From the human T2T-CHM13v2.0 reference genome, Homo sapiens, in assembly GCF_009914755.1 (NCBI RefSeq), contig NC_060932.1: DNA of 64,000 nucleotides; one strand, 5' to 3'. This document shows positions 27,588 through 43,600 of the stretch, piece by piece. Every line of letters begins with the position of its first letter. The stretch's first letter is position 1. A program made the position numbers and the translations under genes. The notes under the pieces are model-generated. The model was not told where the DNA came from. It searched no databases and saw nothing but the letters and a program-made list of their open reading frames with translations.

Positions 27588-27745
27588 TGCCACTGTTGGC
27601 ATTTTAGAGCAGGTTTTTGATGTGGGGAGGGACTGTCTTGTGCCTTCTCGGATGTTTTGCAGTGTGCCTGGTCCCAACCCACCGGCTCCCTGCAGCATGG
27701 CCTCCTCCCCCAGCTATGAAAACCAAACATACATTCTAGACTCAT
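27588..27745 (+). mobile_element. MER20-like hAT DNA transposon fragment
   Basis: CACTGTTGGCATTTT...GGGACTGTCTTGTGC...GGATGTTTTGCAG...CCTGG...ACCCAC...AAAACCAAA...CTAGAC. Confidence 0.55.
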
Positions 27746-27779
27746 CAGTTTCTCAGGAAGATCTTCGGGAGTTATGCCT

Positions 27780-28660
27780 AGGAGCACTTTGAATCTGTTT
27801 AACAAATTGGGAAGAACTGATATCTTGAAAACATTTTTTCTTCCAAACTGAATATAGTTTATCTTTCTATCCATTTAGATCTTCTCTAATTTATCTTAGA
27901 AATGTATTTAGAGTAATTTCTAGGATATCAATTTTTATGCTATATAAATTGGTAGGTTTTTTTAATAAGCCCACTTTTCAAATATTGGCTAGTACATAGA
28001 AATATAACTGATTTTTATCAGTAGAACCTATATTCCATGATCTCACTTGATTTGTTGTTTATTTTTAATAGACTTGAGAGGGTTTTCTACATATATATGT
28101 CTTCTCTAAATAATTACTGTTTTCTTTTTCACGTTTATGTTTCTATTTACTTTTCTTGCTTATTGCATTGCCTAGGACTTCCTGTACAATTATAAGTAAA
28201 AGTCATGAGAATAGGTATTCCTCTCTTGTTTCCAATATTATGGGGATATCATCCAATGTTTATAGTAAAGAAAGGTGCTAGCAACAGGTCTTTGAAGATT
28301 CCCTTTTCAAGATGATATTGGTTGCTAAGATGTTACCATCAATGAGTATTAAATGCTGCCAAAAGCTTTTTCTACACTTATTGAGATAATCTTTCTTTTA
28401 TTCCTTTACTCTGTTAACATGGTGAATTATACTGATTAACTTTGAATGCAAAATAAACTTTGTATTTATTGGTTAACACCCATCTGCTCATGATGTACCA
28501 TCATTCTTTAGAGAGCTTAATTCAATTTGTTGATTATTTCCAAAGAATTATTGTTTCTGTATTTGTGAATTTTCTTTCCTTAAAATTTTTACCCAGCTTT
28601 GGTATTAAGATTACTCTGGTCTCGTAAAACTAGTTGGGGGGTAATATATTTTCTGAATAA
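27780..28660 (-). mobile_element. Ancient L1M ORF2 fragment
   Basis: TTGAATCTGT...TTGGGAAGAACTGATATCTT; CTTATTGCATTGCCTAGGACTTCC; TTTGGTATTAAG...CTGGTCTCGTAAAA. Confidence 0.7.
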
Positions 28661-29539
28661 TTTAGATAAGAAATTATAGATATATTTTTGTAAAATAAAT
28701 TTTTCAGAATTCTTTCAACCATCCCATCGATTGTTTACATGACTCAGAAACTTTTGAAAATACGTAAATGAAGAATGCTTTACTCAGTATCCATTTTCCT
28801 TGAACATTGTATGACTAATTCACTTGGATACATTTTCTAGCTTTTCCTTTATATCAGCCTTGTGAAAAGGCAGGTAATGAATCGCTTATTCCGATTTTAC
28901 AAAAAAGAAACTAAGGCAAAAAAAATTCTAAGTGACTAGATAGGCATTACCCAAAGACAACACCAAGAAGCAGCAGAAAGACATGGGGACTGGAAAATTG
29001 ATATGGCATAATTTGGTTAGAGAATAAATACATGTTACTGGAATACAGGTTAAATTTTAGAAACAGCAGAAAACTATGGCCAGTCTACCTCTGGAAAAGT
29101 GGTGACAGGAATTCAACAGAAAAGAAGCCATCGATCAGGGCAGAGACCCAAGCAATCTACACACGGATAGAGCACCCATGTTCTCTTTCACCGCAAAATA
29201 ACTCTCCAGACGCTGGAAGCTCCAAGTTGATCCTAAAGTGCAAAGAGGAGCTGAAGAGCACGAAAGGGACCAGGTTCAACCAAACCCATGGGAGAACACA
29301 GTGAACTCTCTTCACCACTATTCAACTGCTTTCAGGTTCATGAGTCAGAAGATGCAGCGACAATGCAAATGTGGAACACTCAGTTCAGCGAATCTCCTTA
29401 ACAAAACCGTAGTGAGAACGACAGCCATATTACTGAGAACTGAGCTAGTGCAATCTGCATGCCTATCCAGAAGGGACACGCTGACAATATTTCCAAACTC
29501 ATCAAGCAAGTTTAGACAATTATCATATTTCTAGGTTCT

Positions 29540-29920
29540 TGATATGGTTTGGCTGTGTCCCCACCCAAATCTCATCTTGAATTGTAGCTCCCATAATTCC
29601 CTCGTGTTGTAGGAGGGACCCTGTGGGAGATCACTGAATCATGGAGGCGGCTTCGCCCATACTGTTCTCGTGGTAGTGAATAAGTCTCAGGAGACCTGGT
29701 GGTTTTATAAGGGGAAACCCCTCTCACTTGGGGTTCCTTCTCTTCTCTCGACTGCTGCCATGAGAGATGTGCCTTTTACCTTCTGCCATGATTGTGAGGC
29801 CTCCCAGCCACGTGGAACTGTGAGTCCATTTAACCAGTTTCTTTTGTAAATTGCCCAGTCTCGGGTATGTCTAGATCTGCATAGACATACCCGATTAGTC
29901 TGTGAAAACAGACTAATACA
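29540..29920 (+). mobile_element. THE1B-like solo LTR
   Basis: TGATATGGTTTGGCTGTGTCCCCACCCAAATCTC...GACTAATACA; perfect 5-bp TSD GTTCT (29535-29539 / 29921-29925). Confidence 0.97.
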
Positions 29921-31927
29921 GTTCTTATGTAAAAATAAGCACATACGTCTTTATTCAAAAGCATTAATGTCTTTAATGGTCCTCAGGGACAACCTGCCAT
30001 TAATTTTACTAAACACTGGATGTCACTGTTGCTATTTTATAACACAAAATAATTTATGGAAAAAAAGAGCTTCTAATCGATATTCTCAGAATAGCTGTAG
30101 AAATTAATTTACATTTTATATCTATCACTAAAAAAAAAGATGTAACCTCTTCACAGAGCCTGGTTTCTTCATAGCATTTTTGTTTTTAAGGGCAAAATTA
30201 CTGCATGCCACGTTCTCTGGGCAACGTCTGTAACTTAAATGTACATAAATCTGTTCTGAACTCACCCATTTGGCCGTAAGAAGCCCATGTGACTATGTAA
30301 AGCTCCTGGTGAAGGGGCAAGTTGCTTTCTGTGAAATCAGAAATCCTGCTCTTTTCTTGGCTGGGCACAAATTAACCCTTCCAGTTATCATTGTCAGCCT
30401 CTAAAATGACAGTGCTGCTTCCCCTGTGTGCAGCTCTGTAACGAATGACTGAGCTAAGTGCTTGTCACTTTCTATCAGCTGAGAAAACACGTTTGAGTCA
30501 TATTACTAGAGTGATGGAAGCCAGCAGACCATCATGCAGGAAACTCAAATTGCCGTCTTAGATTTGGGATTGACGATGATATAGTGACTTCTCATCTAGA
30601 AACGAACTGTCAGAATGCAACGGTGCTTGTCTATTGTTGCTGCGTTTGTTAATTAGCGTTTACATAGCAGGGTACACTTCTGAAGTCAACGATAGTCACA
30701 TTGTAATCCGTGAGGTAGACTGCAATGAGATTTTTAACATTCAGCTTTCATAGAAAAGCATTTTTTCTAACCAAATTTGATTTTTAAAAGTCCATTTTAA
30801 TAGGTATAACCTTGTTAGTATTTATTATATAAACGACCAACTTTTGAAGGATAATGCCACAATGTGCATTTAACCAAAACTGCATTGCATTATATGTAAT
30901 CACTCTTTGATGACTTAGAAAATATTTCGATGTCTTCTAGGATTTGGGGTTTCTACAGCCAGCATCACTGATGGTGACAGAGACACACTGCTTCACACAC
31001 AGCTGGCTTTCCTTTTTTTCTGAGGTACCAAGTGTTTGCCACCAACAGTGTATCTAAGACACAATGTCTGGCTAGTCTTTTGCTATTAGAAAGGTAAGAC
31101 GTTTGCAGAAATGGTGACAACACAAAGCCATACATTGGTGAAGACATTTCACACCAAGTTCCTTTAAATATTTTGAATCAAAACATACCATTTTTAAAGA
31201 TATAATTGGGTTAATATTCAACAAGGTGGCTTTCATCCCAGCTTTGACGGATAATAGAAAAACCTTCGCAAAGCAGAAAAAGTAAATTGTGAACAAAAAT
31301 TAAGGACAAGAAATTACAAGTTGTGCCAGTCTTTCGTAAGTGATTTTGTCTCAGGCACCAAGCACAAGTAGAAAAACATGAAGACAAAAAAAGAAAAAAA
31401 AAAAGAAACAGGAAACTTGGAGGTCTTCTGTGGAACGGGTTGGGATCTGCACAGTACTTGAACATTCTACTTTTTAAAATTAATATTGTTTGTTTCTGTA
31501 TTTCTCTTACAATAGGCATATAAAGGAGTAACAAACATTTTCAGCATTCATATGTAAATGCATGCATGGCTAAATACACACTTTTCCATTTCTGGAAGTG
31601 AATTACAAATTTTTTAATGCCAAAATTTGAAAACAATCTTCTGTGATATCTAATAATTATAAGATAGTGACTGATACAAGATGACAACTACCTAACATGC
31701 TTATTTCTTATCATCAGCAGTTACTAACTATTTAGCATACTATGTATGTCTGCAGAATTTCAAAAAGAAGACTTATCTCACAGTAAAGACACAATAATTT
31801 CATTTGGGCTCACAAATAAGAAAACAAATAAAAATCAGGTTAAAACAAATATGTGCATCTGTGAAAAATAAGCCACACAGGTCTCTTCATTAAGGAAAAT
31901 AGAATTCAACTTAAAAATACTCTGTTA

Positions 31928-32302
<375 letters not shown>

Positions 32303-33220
32303 TTAATACAAAAACTATAGTTCCCACTAAACTTTAATATGATATTTTTTATATAATAGATGAATATCCTTCAAAATATGGCAGGTGCCAATTGTTTAGA
32401 TAATAAAGTAGTTCTTATTAAAGGAAAGTATTTTACATCTATAAGTATGTAAATGAATCAAGCATATTGTATTGAGAATAGTCTAAGTGCACATTATACT
32501 AGGTTGAGCTGTAAAATTATCATTTTTAAATATTAATGTATTGTAATAAATTCTTAAAATTTCTGCATCTAGATGTAAAAGAAAGTCTGTTTTTTTAACC
32601 AGCTTCATATTTTGAGTAATTAAGTAGGATATGACCTGAAATTTTATTATTATTTCTTACAAAGTATTCATTTCAGCTTATTTTTATGAATACACATTTA
32701 TTTTGATGCAAAAGCTAAGTAAATGAAATAAATCTCCATTTAGTTATTTTAATCTTTATAGAAAATTGCTTTTCAGTTTCCAAAATATTTTACTGCTACC
32801 CACAAAATTCCAAAGTTAACCTTTTCTGGGTTTATTTTTATTTGCATTTTATACCTAGCTTGCTTTTGAGAATGTTAATGAAAAATAAGTTCAAATGTGA
32901 AATTAGGATAAAAACACAAATAATCTATAGGTAAAATATGTACCACAATTTATTCACTTTTGAATGATGCAAGTTAAATTAACTAAAATGTCTGCCACTT
33001 AACCCATAATTTGAAAGTTCTTACATATTAATCCTTCTTTCTCTGAATTATTAATCAATATATATTTTAAAATTTGATGAGAACTTTCAAACACACCCTA
33101 AATGTTATAAATTGTATATGTGCATCACATATCAACCATCCAGATTGAAATTATGAAGATTTTACCATCTTATTGTTTTACCATCTTCATCTAATTCTCT
33201 GTTCGCTTATTTATTGAAAC

Positions 33221-33514
33221 TTTTTTTTTTTTTTGAGGCAGGGTCTCACTCTGTTGCCCAGGCTGGAGTGCAATGGCATAATGACAGCTCACTGCAGCCT
33301 CAGCTTCCCCAGGCCCAGGTGATCCTCTCACCTCAGCCTCCTGAGTAGCTGGTACTACAGGCACATGCCACCACACTCAGCTAATTTTTCTGTTTTATAG
33401 AGACAGGGTCTCAATATGTTACCCAGGGTGGTTTGAACTCCTGGCCTCAAGCAATCCACCTGCCCCAGCCTCCCAAAGTGCTGGGATCATAGATGGGATT
33501 CGCTGCACCCAGCT
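33221..33514 (-). mobile_element. Alu SINE (AluJ)
   Basis: ACAGCTCACTGCAGCCTC and CTCAAGCAATCC J-type features; TSD GAAACTTTT. Confidence 0.95.
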
Positions 33515-34061
33515 GAAACTTTTAAAGCAAATCCAAGACATGGTGCCATAATTTCTCTACATGTATTCATGAAAATTATGGACTTTTTAAGATACATAAC
33601 CAAAATGAAATTATCACGCTTGATAAAAATAACAGTAGTTCCTCAGTATCATCAGGTACCTACAGGTAACTCCAATTTTCCTGTCTCCAAATGATTTTAA
33701 TGTATTGGTTGTTTTGGACCAGGATCCAAACAAGAACACACATTAGGTTTGGATGCTTTGTAAACTCTGAAGCTGTTTTAATGCATAGTACACTTCCACG
33801 TGCAACATTATATTTTAGTGCCCTAACTTGTTGAAAAAATCAAGTTAGTTATTTTGTAGAATATTTTTCATTTTGTTATTTGTTGCCTTCTTGCTGGTGT
33901 TTTTAAAACTAGTTCCTTTATCCATATTCTCTAGACTTGACTCAGTTTTTTGACTAAAGACTTGACTCGGTTTTATGGATGTTGCTATGTCCTTTCTGTT
34001 ATGTCATATCAGGAGGCACTAACTCTTTGGTTCACTCATTTTTAGTGATACTAAGTTTCTT

Positions 34062-34350
34062 ACCCAGGTGCAGCATCTCACACCTGTAATCCCAGCACTT
34101 TGGGAGACAAAGGCAGGTAGATCACCTGAGGTCAGGGATTCAAGACCAGCCTGGCCGACATGGTGAAACCCCATCTCTACTAAAAAACTACAAACCTTAG
34201 CCTGGCATGGTGACACATGCCTGTAATTTCAGCTACTCAGGAGGCTGAGGCAGGAGAATTGCTTAAAGCAAGGAGGCAGAGGTTGCAGTGAGCCAAGATG
34301 GTGCTCCAGCCTGAGCAACAGAGTGAAACTCCATCTCAAAAAAAAAAAAA
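34062..34350 (+). mobile_element. Alu SINE (AluS)
   Basis: GATCACCTGAGGTCAGG, poly-A tail, AAGTTT flanks. Confidence 0.95.
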
Positions 34351-35199
34351 GAAGTTTGTTCATCTGGTTCTGGTATTGACAGTCTGGTTTTCTTGACATC
34401 TTTTCCTGTGACCTTACTCAGCCTGGCTTGAATCCATTGTTGAAGCTCGAGACCGTGTCTCCAGGTGGAGAGAGAGGAGACAGAGAGAAGGAAGTTGCTA
34501 TGGGGGTTTGAGCCAGCTGTGACAGTGATGGATATGCACACAGAACACAACTCTCCTCCCAAAACCCCACAGAGAAGAGGCAAACAATAGGTCCACCTAA
34601 GTATCATGGCACAAATCTCTTCCAAATGGACATTAGCCTCCTGGAAACAACAGTGACTCTATTAGCTCCTCTCTGAGCTATTGATCTTATAACTAGGAAG
34701 TGGTAAGGAAATTGCTTTCCCCTAAACAGAGAAGAGAGCGGCCTGTCATTCTGGATGTGTTTGGATTCCACTTATCTAGAACATGGCACCCAGTTCAAAT
34801 GGTATAGAACTTACTTGAACAGAACAGGGAAAGGCGAGGAGGCGGGAAAACAGCTGAGATGACAGAGTAAGTGCAGAAAATTCTTAGAATCTTTGTGCAT
34901 GTAATTAGTCTACAGCCTACTATCTGCTTTTGTCTAACTTCGGATTTCGAAATAAAGAAAATCAAACAAAAAAGAACATACTACTCATACCAAATTTCAA
35001 ATTAGACACATATATTTTACCATGTATGCTAGAAACAGTATTAATATCATCAGGAAAAGTCTAAAATGAGTTTAGTATTATATTTTAAAAACACAGTATG
35101 TGCTTTTGTTTCAAAAAATCTAATTTAACTTTTAATTATTTTGGCTTCTATAGCAAACATAAAGGATTTCCGTTTCTCTTCTGCCACCCCCTTATTCTG

Positions 35200-35350
35200 T
35201 GAACATAAATACGGCAAATTACTTGCAACCGAGTGATCCATTTTCTCATCTATGAAACAGAGATAATAATTATCTTACATCATGATGCTTTGCGGGGCAT
35301 TAAATTACACAGTCCATGCAAACTTTTCAGAAAACACTCAATATTTAAAT
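35200..35350 (+). mobile_element. MIR fragment
   Basis: GGCAAATTACTT...TTTTCTCATCTATGAAACAGAGATAATAAT core. Confidence 0.6.
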
Positions 35351-35777
35351 TATGGTTGCTAGGAGGATAATTGTCAATAAAATGGTGTTGGAAAACCTTT
35401 AGGAATTTTGAAAACATTACTGAATAGAAAGAAATATAAAGCATTATATTACCTAATTTATATGTTTGGCTTTATACTTTTAAAAATATGTCCTTACAAA
35501 GAAAATAAGTTACAGTTCGCAATTAATTAGTTGTCTGAATTTAGACAACTTTTTCAGAGCGAGTATGAAGAATAATGTAACTACAAATGCTTTTTCTCCT
35601 TGTTATATGTGCTGATCTTAAATGCCTGTTATTCCAATTCTAGTAGATGAATAATTGGTTTAAAAAAAAACACTACGTAACATATATGGCCTTCATTTTA
35701 AGTGATTTTTTTTTTTTTTTTTTTTACTCGTTGCATTCTTTTGAAAAGCTTGCTATCAGAAAACTCTGGCACATTAG

Positions 35778-36098
<321 letters not shown>

Positions 36099-36959
36099 CA
36101 CATTAGCTCTCCTAAAGCATATTAGCTCATAGTAAAGGATGGAACCTGACACTTACTCAGCTCTGAATGTCTGTCAAACATTGTGACCATGTGCTCACGT
36201 AAGAGAAAGGACAAACTATGTAATATTAATGTTTGCTATGTTCTGCATAACAATTCTGGAGCATTCAAAAATATAATGGACTTTATTCTACGCTGCCCTT
36301 TTCCTCTATCAGGATAGTAAACAGATACTGTTTTGTAACGCTGACAGGAGGATAGAGCTGAGCAGTCCCTTAGACAATAAGGACAGAGGCCTGGGCATTT
36401 TTAGGGCTGAAGTTGTAGATGGAGGACTGGATTCCACAGCTAACTGGGAGGCAGGGCAGACAGGGAGGGCTATGACAGGGAGCCGTAGGTTTTTATAATA
36501 GGAGAGAGCCTAGCCTGTGCTGGATGGTGACTGCTGGGATTCTTGCTGCCTCTGGATGGTAAGAACTGTCTCCTTCAGAGCACAGAGGCAGGCCCTGAAG
36601 CGTGAGTCTCTAATCAACAGGAGAGAGCCATCTCGCAGGACTCTGTTGATTCCATGGCAGGAATGTGCAGAGGTGTTATCAGCCCTGCTTGGCACACACA
36701 CGTCACAGCTAAAATGATGGCCCCAACCATTGCCTGCTGACCACTTCTCCTCAGCACCAGCCTGGCCAGGAAATCCTATACAGTTTGATGGTAGTTGGCA
36801 AAGCAGCTGTTGGAATTATCTTCTGTCCCAGTGAGTGGGAGCTGGGAGATAGATGTTTCCTAAATAAGAAATAAAGAAACCTGAAATGTCTTCCTCCTGA
36901 GTGCTGACAGCCAAATCCATTTCTACTGTTGTCTTATTTAGACTTTCAGTATATCCTTA

Positions 36960-37055
36960 AAATAGACACTATTACTCCCAGTTTAGAGATGACAAAACTG
37001 AGGCTCAATGAGTGTAATTTTCCTAAAATCACACAGTTGTAAGAAATAGAACACG
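36960..37055 (-). mobile_element. MIR fragment
   Basis: CCCAGTTTAGAGATGACAAAACTGAGGCTCA...CCTAAAATCACACAG. Confidence 0.7.
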
Positions 37056-37062
37056 AACTACA

Positions 37063-37835
<773 letters not shown>

Positions 37836-38423
37836 AGCACTTTATTTTTAAAAGTTCACCTTAATATTTCTGTTTAGCAAGAAAGAGAAATTTGAAAATC
37901 CGTATTTTAATTTCCCCTAAAAAATTCGTATTTAAATTGTTGCCTCTTGAGACAAGACCCTCCTCACGGAGTCCTTAGGGAGGAAGGCGTGGGTCAGTGG
38001 GACCGAAGCCTGCACAGAAGGGCCTGAAGGCCAGGTGTGCATCCGCTCTGAGTGGGAGGGAGAAAGGCAATGAGAAAAACCCTGATGGTCGAGAAGGCAT
38101 GGCCATTGCAAGTCAGAACATGAGGCGACTGCCTGTCCTGCCAGCGTCTTTGCAGGGCTCTGGGCATGAAGGGCCCGGGCATAGGACTGTCTCTGTCATT
38201 GTGCCTGCGTCACTGTCGCTATTGCAGCTTGGAGAACCACACTTTCGGGAAGAAATCAAAGACTTCTTTCTGAGCGTGCAGGCTGATGAATGCAAATTTC
38301 TCTTTTGCTATTATATAGAAATACAGACGTGCTTGCCTGATTTATCAAAAAAAGTCTAAATGATTCCACAATACAGAAATTTTAAAACTGAAGACCCATG
38401 CACAGACTTTAAGACATGGGGGA

Positions 38424-38872
<449 letters not shown>

Positions 38873-39011
38873 TTAAGCTTGTAATGACTTGGTTATTTTA
38901 TACTTATTTCTATAAATTGTGAAAAATAAAAGTAGCTTCTAGTAATTGTTTATTCAGAAGTTTATTTAACGTTTCCTTGGAATTTCTGTTTTTAAATTTA
39001 AGAAATAAGTA

Positions 39012-39330
39012 GGCCGGGTGCAGTAGCTCACGCCTGTAATCCCAGCACTTTGGTAGGCTAAGCTGGGTGGATCATTTGAGCTTAGGAGTTTGAGACTAGC
39101 CTGGCCAATGTAGTGGAACCCCATCTCTACTAAAAATACAAAAATTAGCTGGGCATAGGGGTAGGTGCCTATAACCCCAGCTACTCAGGAGGCTGAGGAA
39201 GGAGAATTGCTTGAGTCCAGGAGGCAAAGGTTGCAGTGAGCCGAGATCACACCATTGCACTCCAGCCCAGGCAGTAGAGCGAGTCTCTGCCTCAAAAATA
39301 AATAAATAAATGAATAAAATATAAAATAAT
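39012..39330 (+). mobile_element. Alu SINE (AluS/J)
   Basis: Full dimer with (TAAA)n tail; ATAAGTA flanks. Confidence 0.96.
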
Positions 39331-39734
39331 AAGATAAGTAGGTAGAAGTAGAAAGCAATCCAATGTTTGTTGCATAGCTGGTACATGCTAACACATGGCA
39401 TGTATTATTTAGTTGTTAAAAACATTGGATTAGAGAGGTGCTGCCATCCCTGTGTGTGTCCCACAGTCTCACAGCTAATAACACAAAATTTCAACCCCAA
39501 TCTACAGAAATTCAAAGCTCGTCTGCGCTTTCTAATCCACCAACAACTGTACATGCTCAAGGATCAACCAACAAAACCACCTACTGGCATTTTGAAATGC
39601 ATATTGCCAGTGCCGTGGGGCATCGTGAGGAGATAACGAGGGAATCGTTCAACAGGAATCTCCACGGAAAACCAGATGATGCAGACTGGAAGATGGGATT
39701 TCCCTGATTCTTAATTGCATTTCAGCTTTTAAGG

Positions 39735-39933
39735 CAGGGGCGTCTAATATCCTGGCTTCCCTGGGCCACACTGGAAGAAGAAGAATTCACTGGGCCACAC
39801 ATAAACTACACTAACACTAATGATAGCTGATGAGAAAAAAAAAATCTCATAACGTTTTAAGAAAGTTTATGAATTTGTGTTAAGCCACATTCAAAGCCAC
39901 CCTGGGCAGCATGTGGCCTGTTGGATGAGCGTG
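39735..39933 (+). mobile_element. MER30 (hAT-Charlie) element
   Basis: CAGGGG..TC.AAT...GGCTTCCCTGGGCCACA.TGGAAGAAGAAGAATT...CACTAACACTAATGATAGCTGATGAG; 8-bp TSD-like TTTTAAGG/TTTTAAAT. Confidence 0.88.
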
Positions 39934-40389
39934 TTTTAAATATTTTAGAAAAGACAAGTTTCAGGGCCTTGTTCTAACCTACAAGTAAGACAGGGAGCTT
40001 GAAGCCTGGTGTCATTTTCCATGAACCACTTGAGTCTTTTCCTCCGTGAAGGATTTAATCCATTCTTGTGATTACAATGCTGTGTTTTTTCATTACCTGA
40101 GCCATTTATTTACATATGTAAATAAAAAATCTCAGTTTAACGGACATCAATTGCAGGAGACTAGATATTTATTCAGAAAGCTGATAGGGAAAGATTCTAA
40201 GTGCAAAAAGACAAGGAAAAAGAAAATACATGGTAAAAGTTACCCCTCATACTGACATTAACTTTCCAAAAATTATTCCTGTCTTGCTTCACTGTTTCAC
40301 TTTTACCCAACCCAGTGTTCCACGGAGCATCATCTCATGACATAGCCAATTTAAGGAAACAACTAAAACAAACAAACAAAACACCTTTT

Positions 40390-40681
40390 AGCCCAGGAAT
40401 GGTGGCGCAAGCCTGTAATCCCAGAACTTTGGGAGGCTGAGGCAGGCAGATCACCTGCGATCAGGAGTTTAGAGACCAGCCTGGCCATCCTGGTGAAAAC
40501 CCGTCTCTACTAAAAATACAAAAATGAGTCAGATATGGTGGCTCATGCCTGTAGTCCCAGCTACTCAGGAGGCTGAGGCAGGGAGATTCGTTTGAACCCC
40601 AGAGATGGAGGTTGTAGTAAGCCGAGATCATGCCACCACACTTCAGCTTGGGCGACAGAGTAAGACTCCATTTCAAAAAAA
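40390..40681 (+). mobile_element. Alu SINE (AluS)
   Basis: Full dimer, short A tail. Confidence 0.95.
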
Positions 40682-43600
40682 GCAAGTTTTAAAGTGCTTA
40701 AAATATAAATGTTGAAGTGATACAAGTTCATTCCAAACAAATTCAAAACAAGTGACTGGAATGGGCTGGAACCTCAGCAGATTGATGGCTGTGTTAGGAC
40801 TTGGCAGGTGACCGGCTCCAGACCCATTCTGGGGAGGGTGGGTGGATGGGCACAGAAGCACCTGGGCAGGAAGCAGTGAAGCAGCTCTGTCGGGGGCTTG
40901 AGGAAGCCTCTGCTTGGTCCTGGTCATGCCCCATCCTGTGTCCTTGCCTTCTCAGAGACTCTCAGTAACGACACCTGAGAATCAAGGAAGAAGAGAAAAC
41001 TCTTCCCCCACTCCATCCCTTCCAACCTGCTGAGTTCAAAGGCAGAATTTCTCAGCTGGAACTATCCAGGTCCACAAACTTTGTCAAATCTGATTCCCAA
41101 GCAACAGAGAGAAACTATTCTGTTGCCATTTTTAAAAGTTTGGCAACATTATTCTATGTTTTAAATAAGCTATTGTTTGCACGACATTATAGAAACGAAT
41201 AATTACAAGCTACTGGATTAGAGAAGAAGAGACTGTCCGCCTACTACTTGACTGGTCTTGCACAATTCACTACACTTTTATTATCAAGTTTTCTTTCCCA
41301 TCTGTGAAATGGGGCTGATGGTGATGTCCACCGTGAGGGACACGGATTCCTGCTGGGTGCTTTGTAAATGTCAATTGTCCACATTATTGTCAGCACTGAG
41401 CTTAGACGTGGGAAATGGTTGAAAAGAAAGGGAGAAACCACAAAGAAATCACAAAGTGATTCATACTCTATTTTATGATCAAAAACCATGAGAGAAAATG
41501 AAAGGAGGACAGATAGTTCTGATAGTCTTATCTTCTTAGAGAAAAACATCTGGAAAATGAAATTTCCTCTTCTTTCAGCTTCACTGGCTGAGATGCCAGT
41601 GTTCAAAATCATCAACAGGAGAAAACCTTATGTGAGCGAACAGAGAAGAAACCTGTGACCTCCCAGCCAACTTCAAAGGCGTAGTTTGGTGATTGACAAT
41701 TCTGAAGGGATAGAAGTGAAATAATCTGATTTAGAAAAATGTGGAGCATGATTCTGAGAACATGTATTTTATTGCAGTATTTTGATACTTTGGTTCTAAG
41801 GTGAATATTCTTTGCGGCGTTTTGACTCTGGAGCCTGATGGCATTTGTTTCAGTGTGTTTTAGGACCCAATGACACAAGGCTCTGTCATGACTACACTGG
41901 ATAATTCTATTTCTTACAAAAAAAAAAAAGGGGGGAAAATAGGAGTAATGGAAAGAGAGAAAATAATATAAAAGACGCCAGAAAGGTAAAACTGATCACA
42001 TCAGTCTTTGTATTTCCTGTACGAAATTGTCTTACAATTCCAAAAGATCTCTTCTGAATGCAGAATAAGGAGGGCGGAATAGAATTTCAGAAGGTGCTAG
42101 ATTTTTAAAATAATCCCCTGTTATCTGGACCTCTGGCTCCTATAAACCACATTCTGTTCAATGCGGAGATCCTTTCCTGTTGTCTCCTTCAGATCTGAAA
42201 GCTTAGCAATTTGTGATTCTTTCTGTGCTGGAAGAAAAATTCCTCATAATGGATAGTACATCCTTTTTGTGAGCAAAAGCTATTTCTGCATGTTATAAAA
42301 GTATCCTAAGATCGAGGAAAGCCCATCTCTAATGAAAACTGATGATAATCAAGTAGGGATGGCATGGCGGTAATTATGTTCCAAATTGAATGCTTCACTG
42401 GGAGGGACACCTTCCCTGTCTCAGGTCCAACACTAGGACACTGCAGTGTGATTTTGAGCATCTGTCGCCAAACTACACAGCCTCTTGGTAGTACTCACCC
42501 AATAACCCTTAGAGAGTCCCTTGTTGCCTTCAAGTTTTGAATAGTGAGTTGCAATTAGAAGAATGGATTGGAATCTGTGTATATCACTCTCCACAAAGCT
42601 GAGAATGAAGCAATCGCCTGACTATGATCTGAGCTAGTTTTAGAAAGGGAATAAAATGAAAATAGGAGTTAAAATACTTCTGTCAAATGGTACTCACTGC
42701 ACAATCCAAAATCAACTTGCTTTTTGTAGGTAATCTCTCAGATCTTACAATTTCGATTCACCAAGTGAAATTACATGAGAATTAGGTCTTCATATGTTTC
42801 CATCCAAGAACTAACCACTTTAAGTGTTTCTCCCAGTGGAACATCACTTCAGCCTGTGTACCATAAAAAAAAAAAAAAAAAAAAAACTGCTGTTACCGTG
42901 TCGACAAAAAATGGGAATTTATTTTTTCTGAAAGTGATTTACTTTGTATTTACTAATTTGAATGAAAACTGCAGAATAGAGGTTTATAAGGCCCTGCAAA
43001 TAGCTATTGATTTTTTGGAAGGAAAAAGAGGTAGAAAATTCTAAGGCAGAGAAGATTCATAGGCAGTAGAAATCAGGGCAGATCAGTTTGATTTTCCTGT
43101 TTGACACAGGGTCCAAAATGTAGGACAAAAAAGACACAATTACAACAAATTTATAGACCTAATTGGCTTTTCTCTGTGCTTCATGAATGAGGCAGTCTCT
43201 CTTCTGCAAAACAGAATGACAGCTCCCCTGGGCAATGGTAGACAGTGAGATTTGTAAGGTGGGAACAAGAAAGACACAAAAGAAAAAAAAAATGGTGGGT
43301 TAACATCGGTTACCTCCAGTCACTTTTCTTAAAAGATAAAAGCATAGGGGTCTTTCTTATGACACTGATTCAAGTACACTGGAATCTCTTGTCTTTAAGA
43401 AAAACTGGTCTGATTTGTGAACTATCTGCTTCCTTAAAGTTTCTGTTCTGTTATGAGTTCTTTAATTTTGGTTTGTTCTGGTTTGTTGGAGTCTAGTGCA
43501 GGAGCTCAGTCCAAATCAATGGCCTCCCATAACTTTTGTTTAACCGTTTTGAGTCAAAAACAGAGGGCCTGACTTTAGACAAAAGCCGAAAAAGGAAATG

